Of a stretch of DNA of 64,000 bases, positions 20,269 to 30,355 are shown piece by piece (position 1 is the stretch's first letter; each line of letters opens with the position of its first letter). The notes below the pieces were generated by a model. The model worked only from the letters and a program-made list of their open reading frames with translations. It was not told where the DNA came from and did no database searches. The position numbers and the translations under genes were made by a program. Source of the stretch: an uncultured bacterium (GTDB lineage Bacteria; Zixibacteria; MSB-5A5; GN15; FEB-12); contig CBDVDR010000018.1 of NCBI GenBank assembly GCA_965372795.1, forward strand, positions 1 to 64,000, in the 5' to 3' direction.

Positions 20269-21231
20269 TTAATAGCCACGTTTGAGGTCGATTTGATTGT
20301 CGAGTAATCCGGTGTCGATCTGTTTGTTGAGTAATGATGCCAGATGTTCGATGCGGAGTTCTTCGGTTTGATGTGAATGACCAGCCATGTGAGGGGTCAT
20401 GACAACATTCTTTAATTCTTGAAAAGGAAACTCAGAGGGGGGGGAATTCTTTCTTTCCTGAACTGATTTCGGGTAGTTGTACCAGACATCCAGACCGGCA
20501 TAAATTTTACCGCCTTTAAGAATGTTATACAGAGCAGATTCATTTATAATTGAACCTCTGGAAATGTTTATTACTATAGAATTTTCAGGGAGTAATGAAA
20601 GTTGATCTGCTCCGATAAGATTATCAGTTTTATCCGTAAGGGGGAGACATACAAAGAGGATATTTGTTTCCGAGAGAAGATTATCTAACTTGTCCAATTT
20701 GAAAAGATTATCACTCGGCTCAGTTATATTATTTTTTATTGCTTTAACATTCATTTCAAATGAAGAACAAATATTATCAATCCGTTTTCCAATGGTTCCA
20801 TAGCCAAGGATCAGAACATTTTTACCTTCCAATAAAATTCCACCATCGGTGTTGTAACGGAAACTCCAATCAGAGTTTCTGAAATTATGATCAATCTCAT
20901 TGATTCTTTTGGCTGCGGTCATCATCAACGTAATTGCATGTTCCGCCACCGGAGCGGCGTTGTGGTGGATATTGTGAACCGTAATATTCGGGTGTTTCTT
21001 CATCAAGGCTCTCGTAGCTTTGGGAAGCCCAGCCCAGGGGATTATGACAGCTTTCAAATTTGGTGAGGCGATTATCTGTTCCTGATTTGGGACGCCGGCG
21101 ATTAGGATTTCATAATCAGATTGCCCTGATGGCAATTCGCCATGAGTTAGAAGAATGCTTGAATTTAATCTGGAACGAAGCTTGGAAATAAATTCAGAAT
21201 CAGAATCTTGGTAATGGACTTTTATATTCAT
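20269..21231 (-). CDS. D-isomer-specific 2-hydroxyacid dehydrogenase
   Basis: VAEHA, LGYGTIG, NISRG, GLDVW and TPHMAG motifs. Confidence 0.9.
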   Translation of the reverse strand: MNIKVHYQDSDSEFISKLRSRLNSSILLTHGELPSGQSDYEILIAGVPNQEQIIASPNLKAVIIPWAGLPKATRALMKKHPNITVHNIHHNAAPVAEHAITLMMTAAKRINEIDHNFRNSDWSFRYNTDGGILLEGKNVLILGYGTIGKRIDNICSSFEMNVKAIKNNITEPSDNLFKLDKLDNLLSETNILFVCLPLTDKTDNLIGADQLSLLPENSIVINISRGSIINESALYNILKGGKIYAGLDVWYNYPKSVQERKNSPPSEFPFQELKNVVMTPHMAGHSHQTEELRIEHLASLLNKQIDTGLLDNQIDLKRGY

Positions 21232-21463
21232 AGAGCTATTATATGTCTATTGAGGCAAATTTGCTATTAGAAACCAGATTTTCATTTCAAAGATTTTGAT
21301 TGATTTTTAAAAGCTCTAATGATGCAATTTTTGATTCGGACTATTACAAAGTAAAGCAACCTTGGGTATATCAAACAGGACTGTCAAAGCGGCAAGTCAT
21401 TAAAATTTCACCCACTCCCTTTAAATCGAAGGAGTTGTTCGTCATGAACGACTGCTTTTCTAT

Positions 21464-22288
21464 TTACCCAAGGGCAACATCAAGAATCATCATGACTGTA
21501 AAGCCAATAATTGTTCCCATCGTTGCTGAATCGGAATGACCGCCCTGTTGAGATTCCGGGATAAGTTCTTCCACTACGACAAAAATCATCGCCCCGGCAG
21601 CAAAAGCCAAAGCATAAGGAAGGATCGGTTCAGCGATTAAAACCAAAGCGGCTCCAAATACACCGGCAATCGGTTCAACAATGCCAGACATTTGGCCATA
21701 CCAGAAAGATTTTCTTCTTGATAAACCTTCGCGCCTTAAAGGCATTGAGACAGCTAAACCTTCGGGGAAGTTTTGAATACCAATTCCTATTGCCAGAGCA
21801 ATAGCGCCGGCAATTGTAGCCGCGGGCAGACCTGCTGCTACGGCACCAAAGGCTACGCCAACAGCGAGCCCTTCCGGAATGTTATGAAGAGTTATTGCTA
21901 AGACCAGAAGCACCGATCGGTGCCAGCTGGTTTTAACTCCTTCAACAGTATCGTCCTTTTTAGTAAGTCCGGGATGGATATGGGGAAGGACATAATCAAG
22001 ACCTCTTAAAAATACTGCCCCAAGTAAAAATCCAACGGCTGCCGGTACCCATGAAGGCAATGATTTACCTTCCGACATTTCAATCGCTGGAAACAGAAGT
22101 GACCAGAAACTTGCCGCGATCATAACTCCGGCAGCAAAACCGAGCATTATATCGAGAGTCTTTTTTTTTGGTTGTTTTGAAAGAAAAACACCGGCTGCCC
22201 CCAAAGCTGTTAAACCCCAGGTAAACAGAGTTGCCACAAGAGCTTGCATAATTGGATTAAGTTGCTCTAACCAGTCTATTATTGCCAT
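21464..22288 (-). CDS. ZIP (GufA-type) metal transporter
   Basis: [18 protein letters not shown] and VVEELIPE motifs; about 8 TM segments. Confidence 0.93.
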   Translation of the reverse strand: MAIIDWLEQLNPIMQALVATLFTWGLTALGAAGVFLSKQPKKKTLDIMLGFAAGVMIAASFWSLLFPAIEMSEGKSLPSWVPAAVGFLLGAVFLRGLDYVLPHIHPGLTKKDDTVEGVKTSWHRSVLLVLAITLHNIPEGLAVGVAFGAVAAGLPAATIAGAIALAIGIGIQNFPEGLAVSMPLRREGLSRRKSFWYGQMSGIVEPIAGVFGAALVLIAEPILPYALAFAAGAMIFVVVEELIPESQQGGHSDSATMGTIIGFTVMMILDVALG

Positions 22289-22375
22289 GTTGTAATCTCC
22301 GATAAAATATAATAATTAAGTCAAATCAAGGATTAAGTGAGTATACGGATAGAGTTTGATTAAAAGCAATTAGAA

Positions 22376-23632
22376 TTATAAATAGTAAATTGTGGATAGA
22401 TTTTGTAGGAGATCAAGAGCACTGGAATACTTTTCCAACTTATTAGTTTTTAAAATAGCCTTGAATGTTTTAATCGTAGTTTTTATGGAGTTTTGATTAC
22501 TGCGATATTTTTGGATAGTCTTAGAGATAGTAAGTTTTTCTTTTTCGGATAAATATTGTTTTATTTCTAACTTAAGATAGTTGAATACTTTTACTTGTTT
22601 AATTATGGCCTTTTGAAATCTGAAAATATTCATGAAATTATTTAAATAGTATTCCTTGGTCTTAGCTAAATTTTTAGATCTCATGGTTAACATTGCTTCA
22701 GAAAGTTCTATGGTGAGTTTATAATTGTGAGACATCATAATAAGTAAATTAAGATTATGAAATTCTAATAATTGTTTAAATGTAATTTGTGAACTGAATA
22801 GATTATTAATTCGGGTATAGGCATAAGTTTGATTTATGAACTGCTCCCGGTGCTTCACATTATTTAACTGATCATTATTTATAATTGGAAGGTTGGAGTA
22901 TTTGCGGGAGATTTCTTTAGTGAAAAGTCCCTGACCTTTAACGATTTTAGCATTATTGTAAATTTTAACATCTTTTGTGCCGCATGATGGCGATCTGCTT
23001 TTCAAAACGTATCCGGAGATAAGGCTGACATCTTTCTTGTTCAGACGTTCTTTGCAATATCGGTTCATTAATTTGGTTAAATCTTTCCGGCTTTTAATTG
23101 AAATTACTGAGGGCTTATTAAAATTTCCTTCAAGTCGTATTGGAGGTCGGGGCGTGCCTAAGCCGGCTTCCACTTCGGGGCAAATAGAAATAAAGTCAAA
23201 ATATTTATTTAATGATTTAGTGATTTTTTCATATTTATTACTGCCATCGAAACGGACATTTTCACCCAGCAGACAGGAACTAATTCCGATTGTGATTTTT
23301 TCATTGAATATTATTTTTTTGATTTTGTTAATTTGTTGAAATTTATTCATATCAATAAGATCAAAACGATCAAAAATAATACCCTCATCTTCAAGCATCG
23401 CTTTTTGAAGTTCATAGCCCTGTCCACGGTTCAAGCTTATGCCACCGGATTTATTGACAACTCTGTGCCAGGGGAGTTTTTCTTTTTCAGAAAGGGTATG
23501 AAGAATTCGCACTACTTGTCGGGCAGCCCGGGGTGAACCTGCCATCGCGGCAATCTGGCCGTATGAGTTTACTTTTCCGAAAGGAATAGATTTTATTAAT
23601 TTGATAACTTGTTCAGTAAATTCTGATGCCAT
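22376..23632 (-). CDS. Fusion of alkyltransferase-like (Atl/YbaZ) domain, DUF523 (TudS-like) domain and degenerate DUF1722 domain
   Basis: SYGQIA..SPRAARQV..LPWHRVVN in the first ~100 aa; then GISSCLLGENVRFDG, ICPEVEAGLGTPRP and KSRSPSCG; then LLEFH..LLIMMSHN. Confidence 0.8.
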   Translation of the reverse strand: MASEFTEQVIKLIKSIPFGKVNSYGQIAAMAGSPRAARQVVRILHTLSEKEKLPWHRVVNKSGGISLNRGQGYELQKAMLEDEGIIFDRFDLIDMNKFQQINKIKKIIFNEKITIGISSCLLGENVRFDGSNKYEKITKSLNKYFDFISICPEVEAGLGTPRPPIRLEGNFNKPSVISIKSRKDLTKLMNRYCKERLNKKDVSLISGYVLKSRSPSCGTKDVKIYNNAKIVKGQGLFTKEISRKYSNLPIINNDQLNNVKHREQFINQTYAYTRINNLFSSQITFKQLLEFHNLNLLIMMSHNYKLTIELSEAMLTMRSKNLAKTKEYYLNNFMNIFRFQKAIIKQVKVFNYLKLEIKQYLSEKEKLTISKTIQKYRSNQNSIKTTIKTFKAILKTNKLEKYSSALDLLQNLSTIYYL

Positions 23633-23849
23633 AATTGAATATTAAATTTTAAATTATCAAAATCAAGGCTAACCGTTAAGATATAAATGAAAATACGACA
23701 ATAAATATCATGATGCTATTTGTGTAATATGTAGAAATTAAAAATAGATTTAAATATGACTTAACCGTATATAATACATAACCTGGCAAAAGGATTTGCC
23801 GATAACTGAATGGAACATTGTTAGGAACATAAATTTGTAAAGGAAATTC

Positions 23850-25052
23850 ATGGCCAATATAAATAGAATCAAAGGTGTTATTGGAATTTTAACCGGCGGT
23901 GGTGATGTACCGGGTTTAAACCCTGCAATCAGGGCAGTAACTGTAAGGGCACTACGAGAGGGTTACCGTGTGATTGGCATCAATCGCGGCTGGTTGGGTT
24001 TAATGAGTATAATTCCTGATGAAAAGGTAGATAACAGCAGGAATTTCCAGATGCTGTCAGAAGATATCGTTAATAAAGCTGCCCGTACCGGTGGCACATT
24101 TCTTCATAGTTCAAGAACTCATCCAGGAAAAGTACCAAAAGTCAAAGTGCCGGATCATCTGCAGGATAAATACAAAGATGAATTGAATGACTTAACACCG
24201 GAAGTTTTGAAAAACCTTGAATTTCTTGGCATTGACCACCTGATTCCTATTGGTGGAGATGACACCCTTAGTTATGCTGTGCATTTATATAAGCAGGGAG
24301 TTAAAGTTGTTGCTATTCCAAAGACAATGGATAATGATGTCCCCGGAACTGATTACTGTATCGGGTTCAGTACCTGCGTGACCAGGACGATTCAGATGAC
24401 TAACAGCCTTAGAACTTCCGCCGGTTCTCATGAACGGTTTTTGATTGTGGAAGTATTCGGACGATATGCCGGATTTACAGCAATGCTCCCAACAATGGCA
24501 GGAGCCGCCCATCGTTGTGTAATCCCGGAATATAAATTTGATGTCGAGCAGTTAACCGAATTGCTGACCTACGACCGAAATCATAATCCAAGCAACTATT
24601 CGGTGGTGTTGGTTTCTGAGGGAGCCATGTTTGAAGGCGGTGATATGGTTTTTAAGGATCACGAGCGGGATGATTACGGTCATGCGAAACTTGGAGGGGT
24701 CGGCGATCTTGTAGCAGCGAAACTTAAAGAAATTTCTCCCAAATATAATAACGGCCAACCGACCAATGTAATTATGCAAAAGCTTGGGTATCTGGTCCGA
24801 GGCGGCGATCCGGATGCGATTGATTCAATAGTTCCTATGGCTTTTGGAAATCTTGCCTTTGATCTGGTATTAAAGGGGATTCATGGTCGATTAGTGGTTC
24901 TTCAAAATGGACGATATGATAATGTTCCGATTGATGTGGTGACAAGTAAAAAGAAACTTGTTAGTGTTGAGAAACATTATTTGACAGAACGGTTACGTCC
25001 AAATTACAGCTCATTTGAAATGAAACCATTATTTATAATGACCAGCGACTAA
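23850..25052 (+). CDS. 6-phosphofructokinase, probably PPi-dependent
   Basis: TGGGDVPGLN and EVFGR motifs; GGDDT and PKTMDND carry the Asp/Lys signature of PPi-dependent enzymes. Confidence 0.88.
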   Translation: MANINRIKGVIGILTGGGDVPGLNPAIRAVTVRALREGYRVIGINRGWLGLMSIIPDEKVDNSRNFQMLSEDIVNKAARTGGTFLHSSRTHPGKVPKVKVPDHLQDKYKDELNDLTPEVLKNLEFLGIDHLIPIGGDDTLSYAVHLYKQGVKVVAIPKTMDNDVPGTDYCIGFSTCVTRTIQMTNSLRTSAGSHERFLIVEVFGRYAGFTAMLPTMAGAAHRCVIPEYKFDVEQLTELLTYDRNHNPSNYSVVLVSEGAMFEGGDMVFKDHERDDYGHAKLGGVGDLVAAKLKEISPKYNNGQPTNVIMQKLGYLVRGGDPDAIDSIVPMAFGNLAFDLVLKGIHGRLVVLQNGRYDNVPIDVVTSKKKLVSVEKHYLTERLRPNYSSFEMKPLFIMTSD

Positions 25053-25081
25053 CTTCGTTAAGATAATTCTAATTAATTAAA

Positions 25082-27823
25082 TTAGAAGCATACAGGTATT
25101 GGTCCGCCTCCAAATAGATAATCAACAAAGTAAGTGAGGTCGCTGACTGAATGTTCGCCATCGCCGTTGACATCAGCAGCTTTAAAGACGGGTGGGTGGT
25201 TCCCTCCGGCAAACATATAATCCACAAAGAAAGTTAAATCGGAGATGTTTGGATCGGAGCCGTCATTGTTAATATCGCCGCATCGAATCAATTCACCGAT
25301 ATAAATATTATCAACATACCAATCATCAAAGGTTCCGATTGTTCCGACTGTGCCAATATTTCTTATCAATAATTGGAACGTAGAATGGTGAGCTTCCGGT
25401 GGCAGAGGAACTTTAACATAATCAAAATTTGTCATTGCGGCACCATCACCGAGCTGTTGTGAGATTATATGCCACTGATTGCTGGCATCTTTGTACTCAA
25501 AGAAAAGGTCATCGTCTACTTCCGGGGCGTTACCAGGCCCTTTGCGCTGATAATAATATGTTAGATAAATGTTTGATGCATCATCCAAATCAATAATTTT
25601 AGAAATCAAGCTGTCGGTACCGTTCGGAATTCCGTCAAAATTCAAACTGAAAGGTTCAGAGGGAGGATTCATGCTTGCCATGATTTCAGCGGTTGTATTT
25701 GTAATCCAGTAAGTATTGCTCAAAATAGCGTATTGGAATTTTTCTACTAATGGCAATGAAATTGGGTTGCCCAATGAGATTGTCTTAACAGAAACTTGAG
25801 ACAGAATATTTACATCGCCGTTTGAAACTACGGTAATTATAGAAGAATCTGAATCCAGATAGTTACTAAATGGGGTTTCGACCGCAACATAGAAAATATA
25901 AGTATTTTCCGGCTCGATTGTTGGAGTCTCAGTGATTTCGAAAGTTTTGTTACTGTCCCAAAAACTGTTGTTCCAGGCATTGTCGTCAACATACAATTGA
26001 TAATAATCGTCATAAACACCAATGTTTGTAATTTCGATAGCATACCATTCGGTGTCATCAATGGCAGCAAATCCCTGCTGAGAATCAGGATTTAAGAGCA
26101 GGTCATAATCAATGATCTTAAAACTATAATTTCTGGTTGAAAAAGAATTGCCATCGATATTGTTTGCAAAAAGATAGTACTCGATAACAGTACCGGGTGA
26201 TTGTGCGGGAATATAGCTGATGTATTCGTTTGGATTAAGCCCCGGAGAAAGATTTAAAACATTCCAGTTAACATCTGTTCGGTAATATAGTAATAATGAA
26301 TCAGTTACCAGAGCGGATTCGGAAGTGATAATTGAAGATATAAAATAGTCATTTTCAAAATCACGGGTATCTTCCAATGCAATATGAGAAATACCTACGC
26401 CACAAATATAATCAGCTAAGAGCATCATGCTGTTATAAACATTAAGTCGACCACCGCTTAAAGTATTGCTTGAGAGGTCAGGGATAACATCAACGCCATC
26501 CAATAGATACTGTTTCATTGTAAGGGCGGTGATAGCCGGGTCGTTAAAAAGATCAAATATCATAGTCGGGCAGGCGGCACTCCAAAGCAGGGCAACTGAG
26601 CCGCATACATGAGGGGTTGCCATTGAAGTTCCGGTTTTATTGCCATAACTGCTTCCGGGAAGAGTAGAATAAATAGATGAACCGGGGGCGCCAAGATCAA
26701 TTGTTGTGGCACCGTATCCGGCTCCGGTCGCTTTTGAATCATAGCGGGTAGTATTTGTAACCGATATCATAAAATCACTCCCACAGGCAGTCGGAACATC
26801 ACCGCTGACATCAATATTAAGATTTATATTGGCGGTTGCCGTTGCACTTAGAATTCCGACAGCACCCAGAGAATCATAAAAGGCACACCAGAGCGGGTAA
26901 TCAGCCGGGTCACCGTAATCGACTCCAAATGAGGCGTTGGTTGCTACTACAAAAGCACCTTCGGCTCCATCGGTTTCATTGTACAAAGCGCGCATTTCAA
27001 GTGCATATCCATAGGCTTCTAAAACCGTAGCTTCTTGAGTCGATGAGCCGGCGATAGGCATGATTTTTACTCCCCAGTTAACTCCGGCAATTCCGGTGGA
27101 ATTATTTCCAATAGCTCCGGCTATTCCGGCAACATGGGTACCGTGATCATCAGAGGGAATAGAGCCGCTATGATTGTAGGCATTCCAGCCGTCATAATCA
27201 TCAACATAACCATTGCCGTCATCATCGAGACCGTTATTAGGGATTTCATTTTCATTTTTGAAATAAGAAATATCCGGATGGGTTAACTGAAATCCGCCGT
27301 CAACAATTGCGACAACAATTTGATCGCCAAAGGCAGTAGTGTCACCAGTGGCAATATCCCAGGCTTCGGGGGCATCGATATCAGCATCGACAGTACCGCC
27401 TGATTGACCGACATTGTGAAGTCCCCATTGAGAATTGAAATAGGTGTCATCGGGTGTGGTTGATCTTTGAGTAATATTGTGGTTGAGCTGGGCGATGGCA
27501 ACTTCGTTTCGGGCACTGATTGCTTCTAAAAAATTTATTTTTTGAAGCGATTTTAACCCTGATGAATTGTACTCAAAAAGCCAGATATTCATCCGCTTTG
27601 ATAAACATCTGATAGGTTTGAGGGATTGGCTTTTAAACTGCTCGGTTAGAATATCTATATCAGATTGTTCAAAGAGCTGGATGATAATTTCGCCATCTTT
27701 GGAATTGGCGGCCGACTGTTCACTTTCGGCAATTACTGCTGAAAAAGGGAATATTAATAAGGATAAAATAATTAAAAAAGAAGTCGGGATTTTAAAAGTT
27801 GCTGACCATTGAGAGAATTTCAT
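25082..27823 (-). CDS. Secreted S8 subtilisin-like serine peptidase with dockerin-like tail
   Basis: VAIVDGG, HGTHVAG and GTSMATPHV catalytic triad; C-terminal CGDINNDG..ISDLTFFVDYMF..ADVNGDG..VSDLTYFVDYLF. Confidence 0.93.
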   Translation of the reverse strand: MKFSQWSATFKIPTSFLIILSLLIFPFSAVIAESEQSAANSKDGEIIIQLFEQSDIDILTEQFKSQSLKPIRCLSKRMNIWLFEYNSSGLKSLQKINFLEAISARNEVAIAQLNHNITQRSTTPDDTYFNSQWGLHNVGQSGGTVDADIDAPEAWDIATGDTTAFGDQIVVAIVDGGFQLTHPDISYFKNENEIPNNGLDDDGNGYVDDYDGWNAYNHSGSIPSDDHGTHVAGIAGAIGNNSTGIAGVNWGVKIMPIAGSSTQEATVLEAYGYALEMRALYNETDGAEGAFVVATNASFGVDYGDPADYPLWCAFYDSLGAVGILSATATANINLNIDVSGDVPTACGSDFMISVTNTTRYDSKATGAGYGATTIDLGAPGSSIYSTLPGSSYGNKTGTSMATPHVCGSVALLWSAACPTMIFDLFNDPAITALTMKQYLLDGVDVIPDLSSNTLSGGRLNVYNSMMLLADYICGVGISHIALEDTRDFENDYFISSIITSESALVTDSLLLYYRTDVNWNVLNLSPGLNPNEYISYIPAQSPGTVIEYYLFANNIDGNSFSTRNYSFKIIDYDLLLNPDSQQGFAAIDDTEWYAIEITNIGVYDDYYQLYVDDNAWNNSFWDSNKTFEITETPTIEPENTYIFYVAVETPFSNYLDSDSSIITVVSNGDVNILSQVSVKTISLGNPISLPLVEKFQYAILSNTYWITNTTAEIMASMNPPSEPFSLNFDGIPNGTDSLISKIIDLDDASNIYLTYYYQRKGPGNAPEVDDDLFFEYKDASNQWHIISQQLGDGAAMTNFDYVKVPLPPEAHHSTFQLLIRNIGTVGTIGTFDDWYVDNIYIGELIRCGDINNDGSDPNISDLTFFVDYMFAGGNHPPVFKAADVNGDGEHSVSDLTYFVDYLFGGGPIPVCF

Positions 27824-27997
27824 AGATATTCTTAATTACTCCATCGAAAAGCGCTTTGTAAGTATTACCATATAATACAAAATTATCTGAATTTTCAAAT
27901 GAATTTCTTAAATCCGTTTTTGAGTATTTAAGTTGCCCGAACAGTAACTGTTTGTTATCCTTTTGATTCAAGCTGTAATATAAAAGGAGTTATTTAG

Positions 27998-29677
27998 ATG
28001 GCTGAGAAATATATATTCAATATGTACGGGGTTAATAAATTTTACGGACAGAAACAGATTTTAAAAGATATAAATCTAAGTTTTTTCCCGGGTGCAAAAA
28101 TAGGAATTGTAGGAGAAAACGGATCCGGTAAAACTACGGTACTTCGGATAATGGCAGGGATCGATAAAGAATTTCAGGGTACAGCCGAGCTGACTACCGG
28201 ATTCAGAGTCGGACTGGTCGAACAGGAACCGAAACTTGACTCTGATTTAAATGTTAGACAAACTATCGAATTAGCCTTTTCCGAAACTAAAGCCCTTTTG
28301 GATGAATACAACAGTCTCGCCGATAGTTTAGCCCAGCCGATGGATGATGATAAGATGCAGAAGGCGATGGATCGAATGGGAGTGTTGCAGGATCAGATTG
28401 ACACCCTTGACGCTTGGAATCTCGACAAACAAATTAATATCGCCAGTGATGCATTATGTTTACCGGAGGATGACAGGATTGTGGGAACCTTGTCCGGCGG
28501 TGAACGAAGACGGGTGGCGCTTTGTAAAATTTTACTCGAGCAACCAGATTTGTTGTTACTTGATGAACCGACCAACCATCTTGATGCTGAAACTGTCAGC
28601 TGGCTTGAAGAGCAACTACGGGTATATCCCGGAACGGTAATTGTGGTGACCCATGATCGGTATTTCCTTGATAATATTACCAAGTGGATCCTTGAGCTTG
28701 ATGGCGGACAGGGGATACCGTGGGAAGGTAATTATACCTCGTGGCTCGAGCAGAGACTTAAAGCTTTTGTAGACGCGGCGAAAAAGGATTCTCCCCGCTC
28801 GCAGGCTTTGCAACGGGAATTAAACTGGATCAAAATGAGTCGGGGTGACCGCAGCGAAATGGCACGGGAGCGAATCAGAGAATATGAACAGTTGGTTGCC
28901 CGAGAATCGGCGGCAGCCAAAGCGGACAGTTCGGTGATTCAAATTGCCCCCGGTCCGGATCTTGGTAGACAGGTAGTTGAGTTTAAAGATGTGTCAATGG
29001 GGTTTGATGGCAGCAATCTGTTTGAAAATCTTTCTTTTAACATCCCTCGTTCAGGAGTGGTCGGGTTGGTGGGACCTAATGGCACCGGCAAAACAACGAT
29101 TTTCAATTTGATAAATAAAAGTCTCAATCCGGTTGCTGGTGAAACGATTACCGGAAGTTCGATTAAGCTTGCCTTTGTCGATCAGGAGCGGGGAACCTTG
29201 GATGATGAACTTTCGCTGATTGAAGAAGTTGGCGAGGGGTTGAGCGATGTGATGCTTGGTAACCGAAAAATTCCGATCAGGCAGTATTTATCTCAATTTG
29301 GATTTAAAGGTGCTTCACAACAGAAAAAAGCGAATCAACTTTCCGGTGGAGAGCGTAATCGTTGTCATCTGGCAAAAGTTTTAAAAGTTGGCGGCAATGT
29401 TTTGCTTCTTGATGAACCGACTAATGATCTTGATGTGAATACCTTGCGGATGCTTGAGGAAGCGATTTTGGATTTCTCCGGTTCGGTAATGGTTATCAGT
29501 CATGATCGATTTTTCCTTGATCGGGTATGTACGAATCTTCTGGTTTTTGAAGGTGAGGGAAAAGTTCGCTGGTTCGAGGGTAATTTCTCAGATTATCAGG
29601 AATGGCGCAAAAAAGAGATGGGCGACCACATGTTTGAAAACCGCCGGAACCGTTATCGAACAATCGCCAAAGCCTGA
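27998..29677 (+). CDS. ettA: ABC-F translational throttle protein EttA/ChvD
   Basis: LSFFPGAKIG, two ABC cassettes, LSGGERRRVALC, GIPWEGNYTSWLEQ and WFEGNFSDY motifs. Confidence 0.9.
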   Translation: MAEKYIFNMYGVNKFYGQKQILKDINLSFFPGAKIGIVGENGSGKTTVLRIMAGIDKEFQGTAELTTGFRVGLVEQEPKLDSDLNVRQTIELAFSETKALLDEYNSLADSLAQPMDDDKMQKAMDRMGVLQDQIDTLDAWNLDKQINIASDALCLPEDDRIVGTLSGGERRRVALCKILLEQPDLLLLDEPTNHLDAETVSWLEEQLRVYPGTVIVVTHDRYFLDNITKWILELDGGQGIPWEGNYTSWLEQRLKAFVDAAKKDSPRSQALQRELNWIKMSRGDRSEMARERIREYEQLVARESAAAKADSSVIQIAPGPDLGRQVVEFKDVSMGFDGSNLFENLSFNIPRSGVVGLVGPNGTGKTTIFNLINKSLNPVAGETITGSSIKLAFVDQERGTLDDELSLIEEVGEGLSDVMLGNRKIPIRQYLSQFGFKGASQQKKANQLSGGERNRCHLAKVLKVGGNVLLLDEPTNDLDVNTLRMLEEAILDFSGSVMVISHDRFFLDRVCTNLLVFEGEGKVRWFEGNFSDYQEWRKKEMGDHMFENRRNRYRTIAKA

Positions 29678-29702
29678 ACTTTATAAATTTTATTTGTTAA
29701 TC

Positions 29703-30316
29703 GTGGGCGGTAGATGCCAACCACACCTCGTGTGCTCGTCTGCCCCTCAGGATGTATATGAATTTCATTTATTAATCAAACACACCTCGTGTGCAAAATC
29801 CCCACCTAATCAATGATGAATACGATTTCGCACCCCTCTATGAAAGGGGAACGACAATTTATGTCCAAAATTACCATCCAATTACAAGTAGGGCAGCATC
29901 CCTGTGATGCTGCCAATAATGTCAGGAGCACATCCGCCTTGGCGGACTGACCTACTCGGGAAAAACTTCACCAGAGTAAACCACACGATGTGTGTAAAAG
30001 ATATCACTATGTCAAAAGTGAGCAAACGAACCCAAATCGCTGTAATGTCAAATTACAGTATGTGTTACAAGGAAAAACAAGGCTTAATTGATTTGAACCA
30101 CACAAAGCGTGTCAGAATTAATCACACTAAGTATGCGTCAGGAAAAAACACTCGAAGTGTGTAAAAGATATCACTATGTCAAAAGTGTGCAAACGAACCC
30201 AATTCGCCGTAATGCTAAATTACAGTATAACTTACAGCGAAAAACGAGGCATATTTGATAAACACACTCGAAGTGTATCAGGATCGCAGGCAACCGAGGG
30301 TTGGTAGCCCTGACAC
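29703..30316. repeat. Intergenic composite repeat/hairpin cluster (REP/BIME-like)
   Basis: GTAG-headed palindromes at 29888-29955, about 7 CACAC-N3/4-GTGTG-type hairpins and an imperfect 167-bp-period direct repeat (29990 and 30157). Confidence 0.75.
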
Positions 30317-30355
30317 ATCTCATATTTACATTAGAAAACCATTGACAGTCAATTA

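Noticed and set aside
23780..23830. c-di-GMP-I riboswitch upstream of PFK (GGCAAA)
   Set aside because: Only a short GGCAAA/TTTGCC hairpin; no GNRA tetraloop-receptor or second stem.
29700..30320. CRISPR array
   Set aside because: Repeats are irregularly spaced, of differing lengths, have similar rather than unique intervening sequence, and no cas genes are present.
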